This document shows positions 57,956 through 64,000 of a DNA stretch of 64,000 nucleotides, piece after piece. The first letter of the stretch is position 1, and each line of letters starts with the position of its first letter. This stretch comes from Candidatus Cloacimonadales bacterium (GTDB taxonomy: Bacteria; Cloacimonadota; Cloacimonadia; Cloacimonadales; JAIOQZ01). The stretch covers positions 1,856,001 through 1,920,000 of the forward strand of contig OY762463.1 in assembly GCA_963665815.1 (NCBI GenBank), read 5' to 3'. The notes beneath the pieces were generated by a model. That model searched no databases. It saw only the letters and a list, made by a program, of their open reading frames with translations, and was not told where the DNA came from. The position numbers and the translations under genes were made by a program.

Positions 57956-58980
57956 CAGAAACTGAGCCTTACCTTTTCAGCAGTGTCACCCTTGACAATT
58001 TCTCCGACAGGAATCCCATCAGTAGCTGAAATTATTTTATCAGCATTATCTTTATCTGCTACTACCATGAATCCTATTCCCATATTGAAAGCACTGTACA
58101 TTTCAGGCAGTTCCACGTTTCCTGCATTCTGCATGAAATTAAACACTGCAGGAGTCTCCCAGACTTTCGTATCTATCTCTGCTCTGAGTCCATCAGGAAT
58201 AATCCTCTTGAGATTACCAACAATACCGCCACCGGTAATATGAGCCATACCATGTACAAATTCCGGCAATGCCCATTCTTTAAGTTCAGGATAATATGAT
58301 TTATGTATACTGAGCATTACTTCTGCAACAGTCTTACCGCATTCCGGTATTATACTGTCCACAGTCATTTTCTGCTTATCAAAAATTATCTTACGGGCAA
58401 GAGAATATCCATTTGTATGAAGTCCGGTAGATGAATAGCCAATAACAATATCACCTTCGGAGATACTTTGACCGGTAATAATGTTATCTCTTTCAATCAG
58501 ACCAACGATTGTTCCGGCAAGATCAAAATCATCTTCGCTGTATATTCCCGGCATTTCAGCCATTTCTCCGCCAATGAGAGCCATTCCGTTTTCCTGACAA
58601 GCTTTGGAAAAACCGGAAATAATTTTCTCAATCACTTCTGGATGCAGTTTACCAACACCAATATAATCAAGAAAATACTGTGGATGAGCTCCCTGTACGA
58701 AAATATCATCTACACAATGATTAACCAAGTCCTGTCCAACCGTGTCGTAAATACCAGCCATAACAGCTATCATTAATTTAGTACCGACTCCGTCAGCACT
58801 TGAGACAAGCACAGGTTTCTTCCATTTTTCAAGGTCTATATTATAAAGACCTCCAAATCCGCCAATATGACTGAGAACATTCTCATTAAAAGTCTTCTTC
58901 ACAAGTGGTTTAATTCTTGAAACAGCATTTTCTCCGGCATGAATATCTACACCGGCTTCTTCGTAAGTTAGTTTTCCCAT
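57955..58980 (-). CDS. purM: Phosphoribosylformylglycinamidine cyclo-ligase
   Basis: YEEAGVD, DGVGTK, GGEMAEMP, GLHTNGYSLAR, HITGGG and FNMGIG motifs. Confidence 0.97.
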   Translation of the reverse strand: MGKLTYEEAGVDIHAGENAVSRIKPLVKKTFNENVLSHIGGFGGLYNIDLEKWKKPVLVSSADGVGTKLMIAVMAGIYDTVGQDLVNHCVDDIFVQGAHPQYFLDYIGVGKLHPEVIEKIISGFSKACQENGMALIGGEMAEMPGIYSEDDFDLAGTIVGLIERDNIITGQSISEGDIVIGYSSTGLHTNGYSLARKIIFDKQKMTVDSIIPECGKTVAEVMLSIHKSYYPELKEWALPEFVHGMAHITGGGIVGNLKRIIPDGLRAEIDTKVWETPAVFNFMQNAGNVELPEMYSAFNMGIGFMVVADKDNADKIISATDGIPVGEIVKGDTAEKVRLSF

Positions 58981-58992
58981 AATGTTTCAGTC

Positions 58993-59904
58993 CTATTTTG
59001 CATTTTTGATAATTGACATCGAATCCAGCATATATTTCATACGCTTTTCAATATCTTTGGTTTTAACCTTTTTCAGTTCAGTCATACTGAAATCCTGAAT
59101 ATTGAATGAAGCCATTACAGATCCATGTATCATAGCAAGTTTAACTGCATGTTGAGAAAAATCGTTCTTTCCTGCAATATATCCCATGAAACCACCTGCA
59201 AAACTGTCACCAGCCCCTGTCGGATCAACAACATTTCTAACCGGATAAACAGGAGCAAAGAATGTAAAAGCTTCTGAAATTGCAAAAGCTCCGTATTCTC
59301 CCTGCTTGATAACAACAAGTTTTACACCGTATTCAAGAGCAGCATCTGCCGCCTGGAATACATTTTTCTTACCTGTAAGCTGTTTTACTTCATCTTCATT
59401 GATGAAGAGAATATCAACATCCTTTATTACATCAAGAAGATCATCTTTACATGATTCAATCCAATAGTTCATTGTATCAATAGCAATTATTTTTGCATGA
59501 TCAAGCTGATCCAGCACTTTCCTCTGAAGTTTTGGATGAATATTACCAAGGAACAGACACTCTGTTGATTTATAACTTTCAGGTATTATCGGATCAAAAT
59601 CTGCAAATACGTTAAGTTGAGTATCAAGAGTTATTGCCTGATTCAGATTATCATATTTTCCAACCCATCTGAAAGTTTTACCTTCGGCTATTTCAAGACC
59701 TTCAGTATCAATATTGAATCCATTCAGCATATCAATATATTCCTGCGGGAAGTCCTGACCAACTACTCCTACGATTCCGGTCTTACAGAAATTACGGCTT
59801 ACAAGTGAAGCATAATATGCAGAACCTCCGAGCACTTCGTTAACCTTTCCACTGGGTGTTTGAATTGTATCAAGTGCGACAGAACCAACTATTGTCAGTT
59901 TCAT
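58993..59904 (-). CDS. PfkB/ribokinase-family kinase
   Basis: VGSVALD, LGGSA, INEDE and DPTGAGDSFAGG motifs. Confidence 0.9.
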   Translation of the reverse strand: MKLTIVGSVALDTIQTPSGKVNEVLGGSAYYASLVSRNFCKTGIVGVVGQDFPQEYIDMLNGFNIDTEGLEIAEGKTFRWVGKYDNLNQAITLDTQLNVFADFDPIIPESYKSTECLFLGNIHPKLQRKVLDQLDHAKIIAIDTMNYWIESCKDDLLDVIKDVDILFINEDEVKQLTGKKNVFQAADAALEYGVKLVVIKQGEYGAFAISEAFTFFAPVYPVRNVVDPTGAGDSFAGGFMGYIAGKNDFSQHAVKLAMIHGSVMASFNIQDFSMTELKKVKTKDIEKRMKYMLDSMSIIKNAK

Positions 59905-59928
59905 GTGATCTCCTCATTTTTTTGCTTT

Positions 59929-60126
59929 TTATTCAATTTCTATTGTTTGTTCCTGTTTATGGAAAAAGGATTTCATTTTCTTTATATCTTCTGAAGAAAA
60001 GTTCTTTATAACTATAATCAACAGAGCAACAGCCAGAATCCTTATAATAAGGTTCGACCATTTATTGGATTTGACTGATTTACGTTCGTCGTATCTTCTT
60101 CTGATCAGTTCATGAAATAGTTTCAT
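59929..60126 (-). CDS. Small single-TM hypothetical protein
   Basis: 65 aa; start overlaps the aminotransferase stop (TAATG) and the ORF fills the operon gap. Confidence 0.6.
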   Translation of the reverse strand: MKLFHELIRRRYDERKSVKSNKWSNLIIRILAVALLIIVIKNFSSEDIKKMKSFFHKQEQTIEIE

Positions 60127-61334
60127 TATAAAAGACTTTCAAGACCTGCTTTGAATCTGCTGATACCCTCTTTAATGTTTTCCATACTGTTTGCATATGA
60201 GAATCTGACATAGCTCAGAGCTCCAAATGCCTGTCCGGGAACCAGAGCCACATGGTATTTTTCAAGCCAGTAATTGCAAAGATCTACTGTGCTGTTCAGG
60301 TTTTTCTTGTTATTAAACAGATAGTATGAAATATTAGGCATTGCATAGAATGCACCTTTAGGCATGTAGCAGGAAATGTTAGGAAGCTTATTCAACTCTT
60401 CCACAAGATATCTTCTTCTTTTATCAAATTCCTTTCTCATCATTTCTACAGATCCGTCATCCTGAGTTAAAGCTGCAATTGTTGCCATCTGAGCAATACT
60501 GCATACATTAGATGTCAAGTGGCTCTGAATTCTGCTTGCTCTTTTAATGACTTCAGCAGGTCCGGCACAGTAACCGACTCTCCAACCAGTCATGGAGTGA
60601 CTTTTGGAAACACCATTAATCACGATAGTGTTTGCCTGCATTTCAGGAGAAAGAGAAGCGATTGAAACATGTTCTCTTCCGTCATAGACCAACTTTTCAT
60701 AAATTTCGTCAGAAATAACAAATATATTGTATTTAAGGCAGACTTCTGCAATTTCTTCAAGCTGTTTACGTCTATATACTGTACCTGTAGGATTATTAGG
60801 GCTGTTAAGCATCAGCACTTTGGGAGTAGTATGAGAATTGATTGCATCTTCAAGCTGTTTTCCGCTTATTTTAAAACTGGATGCATCATTAGTCTGCCTG
60901 GTCGGCAGTAAGATTGGAAATGCATCAACCATTTCAACCTGAGAAGTATAACTTACCCAGTATGGTGAAGGAATCAGCACCTGATCTCTCGGATCACATA
61001 AAGTCATAAGAACCTGAAAAATTGAAGCTTTTGCACCTGGAGAAACAAGAATATTTTCCGGATCATAATCAAGATTGTTATCCTTCTTGAGTTTATGACA
61101 TATTGCTTCTCTGAGCTCAACCACACCCTGTGTATTTGTATATCGGGTATGATTATTGTTTATTGCATCAATTCCAGCCTGCTTAATGTAATCTGGGGTG
61201 AAATAATCAGGTTCTCCCACACCGAAATTTATAACATCAATTCCCTGTGCTCTCATGCTTTTAGCTTTTGCAGATACAGAGAGAGTCGGTGAAGGAAGAA
61301 TAGCTTTTGCTCTGTTAGCAATCTTTACGCTCAT
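60126..61334 (-). CDS. aspC: Aspartate aminotransferase (class I)
   Basis: GEPD, NSPNNPTG, SDEIY and NGVSKSHSMTGWRVGY motifs. Confidence 0.88.
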   Translation of the reverse strand: MSVKIANRAKAILPSPTLSVSAKAKSMRAQGIDVINFGVGEPDYFTPDYIKQAGIDAINNNHTRYTNTQGVVELREAICHKLKKDNNLDYDPENILVSPGAKASIFQVLMTLCDPRDQVLIPSPYWVSYTSQVEMVDAFPILLPTRQTNDASSFKISGKQLEDAINSHTTPKVLMLNSPNNPTGTVYRRKQLEEIAEVCLKYNIFVISDEIYEKLVYDGREHVSIASLSPEMQANTIVINGVSKSHSMTGWRVGYCAGPAEVIKRASRIQSHLTSNVCSIAQMATIAALTQDDGSVEMMRKEFDKRRRYLVEELNKLPNISCYMPKGAFYAMPNISYYLFNNKKNLNSTVDLCNYWLEKYHVALVPGQAFGALSYVRFSYANSMENIKEGISRFKAGLESLL

Positions 61335-61369
61335 AACTACCTCTTAATTTAATATATTTTTTTACTTAA

Positions 61370-62359
61370 TTATACAGACATTAATAGAACAAGGATTGAA
61401 GTATTGACTATATCATCTACAGAGCATCCTCTGGAAAGATCACATATTGGTGCAGCGAGTCCCTGAATAACCGGACCAATTGCTTCTGCACATGCAAATC
61501 TTTGAACTAACTTGTAACCGATGTTTCCTGCCTGAAGGTCAGGGAATACAAGTACATTAGCTTTACCGGCAACATTACTGTTCGGAGCTTTTGAAGCAGC
61601 AACTTTTGGAACGATGGCAGCATCAAGCTGAAGCTCACCGTCAAAATCGAAATCGACTTTTCTATCTTTAAGTATTTCTACTGTATTTCTCACTTTCTGT
61701 ACAAGTTCGTGATCCGCAGATCCTTTTGTTGAGAATGAAAGAAGTGCAACTTTCGGATCATCACCAATAAGTTTCTGTCTTACTTCTGCTGTTGAAACAG
61801 CTATATCTGCAAGCTGATTTTCATCTGGCTGAGGTACAACAGCACAGTCAGCAAAAAGGAATACTCTATCTGATCCCATGAAATCTTTTGCAACCATAAT
61901 GAATGAACTTGATACGGTTTTTAGTCCTGCTTTTACACCGACAACCTGCAAAGCTGATCTCAGAACATCTGCAGTAGTGTTAGCTGCTCCGGCAACCATC
62001 CCTGAAGCATGTTTGAACTGAACAAGTAATGCTCCGAAATACAGAGGATTCTTTACAGCAGCTTCAGCCTGTTCTCTGGTTATCCCTTTTTTCTCTCTTT
62101 TCTTGAAGAAGAAATCTATGAATTCAGGAAGCAGTTCTGATTCATCAGGATTCATAATTTCGGCACCTGAAACATCAACGCCAAGTTCATTGCATTTTTC
62201 TTTTATCTTTGCTTCATTTCCAACAAGAATTACTTCACAGATTTCTTCCTGTAAAATAATTTCTGTAGCTTTGAGCATTCTATCATCACCTGATTCCGGC
62301 AGTACAACTTTACCTTTAAGCTGTTTTGCTTTTTCTTTAAGATTATTTATAATATCCAT
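61370..62359 (-). CDS. pta: Phosphate acetyl/propionyl-transferase (short form)
   Basis: VVLPE, FADCAV, LSFSTKGS, DGELQLDAA, FPDLQAGNIGYK and DLSRGC motifs. Confidence 0.95.
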   Translation of the reverse strand: MDIINNLKEKAKQLKGKVVLPESGDDRMLKATEIILQEEICEVILVGNEAKIKEKCNELGVDVSGAEIMNPDESELLPEFIDFFFKKREKKGITREQAEAAVKNPLYFGALLVQFKHASGMVAGAANTTADVLRSALQVVGVKAGLKTVSSSFIMVAKDFMGSDRVFLFADCAVVPQPDENQLADIAVSTAEVRQKLIGDDPKVALLSFSTKGSADHELVQKVRNTVEILKDRKVDFDFDGELQLDAAIVPKVAASKAPNSNVAGKANVLVFPDLQAGNIGYKLVQRFACAEAIGPVIQGLAAPICDLSRGCSVDDIVNTSILVLLMSV

Positions 62360-62360
62360 T

Positions 62361-64000
62361 CTATTCTCCTTCAATTACAATTTTTGTTATATCTGCAAAG
62401 TTCATAAATAAATCTACTATAAATTTCAGAAGAACATATCTATTATTCCTGAGTTTAACATCTTCAGCATTAACCAGAACTTCATCAAAAAATCTATGTA
62501 TAAAACTGTTCAATGTAATCAGAGTCTGGATAACAAGCTCATAATCTCTTTGTTCCAGCTGTTCACAAACAAGTTTTTCAACTTTCTGATACTCAGAAAA
62601 TAATAAAGTTTCAGCTTCTTCTAAAAATAAATCTCTGTCAACCTTTTCAAATACTTTTACTTTAGAAATAATATTTGCTGCTCGCTTATAACCGGAAACA
62701 AGACTATCAAACTCATCCGTTCCCTTAATATTCTGCAATACTTCAGATTTAAGAATTATTTCGTAAATATTGAAAGTATCACCTATCAATACACTATCTA
62801 CTACATCATAATCATAGTTAACTGATTTCAGATACCATTCTATTCTCTGTTTAAAATACTTAACAACAAAATCAAAGTGTTCTGTATTAAACTTATCTCC
62901 AAGTGCAGAAATGGAGTTTTTCACAAATTCTATCAGATTTAAATCGAATTTTCTGTCTGCAATGATTCTTACAACACCATTTGCGGCTCTTCTCAATGCA
63001 AAGGGATCTTTTGATCCGGTTGGAAGCATGCCAACTCCGATAATACCGCAAATCGTATCCATCTTATCAGCAAGAGCAACAATTGCACCGGCAGGTGTTA
63101 CAGGCAGTTCACTTTTCTCACCTATCGGCTTATAATGATCATTGATTGCTTCAGCAGTTGTTTTATTCTCTCCTGTTTCAAGAGCATAAACATGTCCCAT
63201 ATATCCCTGAAGCTTTGTGAAAGCTTTTTCACTGAGCATCTCCGTCACAAGATCTGCTTTACATAATAATGCTGCTCTTACCGCAGATTCTCCCTCAGCT
63301 TTCTCAACACCCAGTTTCTGTACTAAAAATTCAGCATTCTTTTTTATTCTCTCAGCCTTCTCACTCAGAGTTCCAAGATCTTTCTGGAAGACTACTTCAT
63401 TGAGTCGCTCTGCATGTTGTGAAAGAGGTTTTTTAATATCTTCCTGATAGTAGAATAATGCATCTTCAAGACGAGCATCAACAACCTTTTCATTTCCTCT
63501 GCGAATAACTTCAGAAAAATCAGGATTACCATTGGAAACAAAAATAAACTGGTCTGTAAGATTTCCTTCCTCATCAACTACTGTGAAATATTTCTGATGA
63601 TATGATAATGTGAGTCTGATAATCTCCTGAGGTAAACCTGTATATTTACTGTCATATCTGGCGAGTATTGCCGTAGGAAATTCAACAAGATCCGTAACTG
63701 TATCAAGTAAAGCCTGATCATCAATTATCTTTATTGAATTTTGGGAGCATATTGCATCTATCTGATTTTTTATTATCTGTTTTCTTTCATTCCTGTACAC
63801 AATAACTTCGACGGTCTTTAAATCATCGACATAGCTGTTTGCAGATTTTATTATAACAGGATTAGGGATTTTGCGGAATCTTGTACCAAATGATTCTCTA
63901 GCGGACTTAAGACCGTTGTACTCAAAATCAACAACTTCATCATCGAGCAGCATAACAATCCATCTGACAGGTCTGGCAAAATAGAATTTCTCAGAATTCC
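62361..64000 (-). CDS. glyS: Glycyl-tRNA synthetase beta subunit (5' end outside the window)
   Basis: Frame open to the window edge (FARPVRWIV); HQKYF, GNEKVVDARLEDA, KADL, LQGYMG and GSKDPFALRRAA motifs. Confidence 0.95.
   Translation of the reverse strand, partial: NSEKFYFARPVRWIVMLLDDEVVDFEYNGLKSARESFGTRFRKIPNPVIIKSANSYVDDLKTVEVIVYRNERKQIIKNQIDAICSQNSIKIIDDQALLDTVTDLVEFPTAILARYDSKYTGLPQEIIRLTLSYHQKYFTVVDEEGNLTDQFIFVSNGNPDFSEVIRRGNEKVVDARLEDALFYYQEDIKKPLSQHAERLNEVVFQKDLGTLSEKAERIKKNAEFLVQKLGVEKAEGESAVRAALLCKADLVTEMLSEKAFTKLQGYMGHVYALETGENKTTAEAINDHYKPIGEKSELPVTPAGAIVALADKMDTICGIIGVGMLPTGSKDPFALRRAANGVVRIIADRKFDLNLIEFVKNSISALGDKFNTEHFDFVVKYFKQRIEWYLKSVNYDYDVVDSVLIGDTFNIYEIILKSEVLQNIKGTDEFDSLVSGYKRAANIISKVKVFEKVDRDLFLEEAETLLFSEYQKVEKLVCEQLEQRDYELVIQTLITLNSFIHRFFDEVLVNAEDVKLRNNRYVLLKFIVDLFMNFADITKIVIEGE

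Noticed and set aside
775-63577. Numerous 60-190 aa ORFs in the track that overlap annotated genes (e.g. 5964-6446, 11905-12372, 53257-53823)
   Set aside because: They are antisense or out-of-frame shadows of well-supported genes and carry no recognisable motifs.

Overview
AT-rich, gene-dense chromosomal window from an anaerobic diderm bacterium. The gene content (FlgD-Ig/T9SS-type C-terminal sorting domains, a PorV-like barrel, Na+-pumping methylmalonyl-CoA decarboxylase, amino-acid fermentation genes) suggests Cloacimonadota or a related FCB-associated lineage; this is inference only. Contents, left to right: (1) a minus-strand rpmF-plsX-fabH-fabD-fabG-acpP-fabF-rnc-radical SAM operon that continues into an uncharacterised lipoprotein, an outer-membrane barrel and a VWA protein; (2) pdp, an aminotransferase, an amidohydrolase, a TIGR00725 protein, secG and a tRNA-Leu with the rare AAG anticodon; (3) an archaeal-like GAPOR, a GT4 glycosyltransferase and two beta-helix/PKD secreted proteins with sigma-54 promoters; (4) lysS, then recG-mazG-histidine kinase-nnr; (5) a korDABC-mce-mmdADCB operon; (6) a ~16.5 kb envelope locus: TonB-dependent receptor, ExbB, two ExbD, TonB, a 1020-aa secreted protein, a PorV-like barrel, two paralogous secreted proteins and a C45 Ntn-hydrolase; (7) lipoate ligase, purM, a PfkB kinase, aspartate aminotransferase, pta and a partial glyS. 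The best candidate for an undescribed system is locus 6. It is a SusD-less TonB system whose partners carry sorting domains, and most of its outer-membrane and secreted components share Dx[DN]xDG acidic motifs. No CRISPR array, rRNA, transposase or integrase was seen. All calls come from motif recognition by eye; no database search was run.
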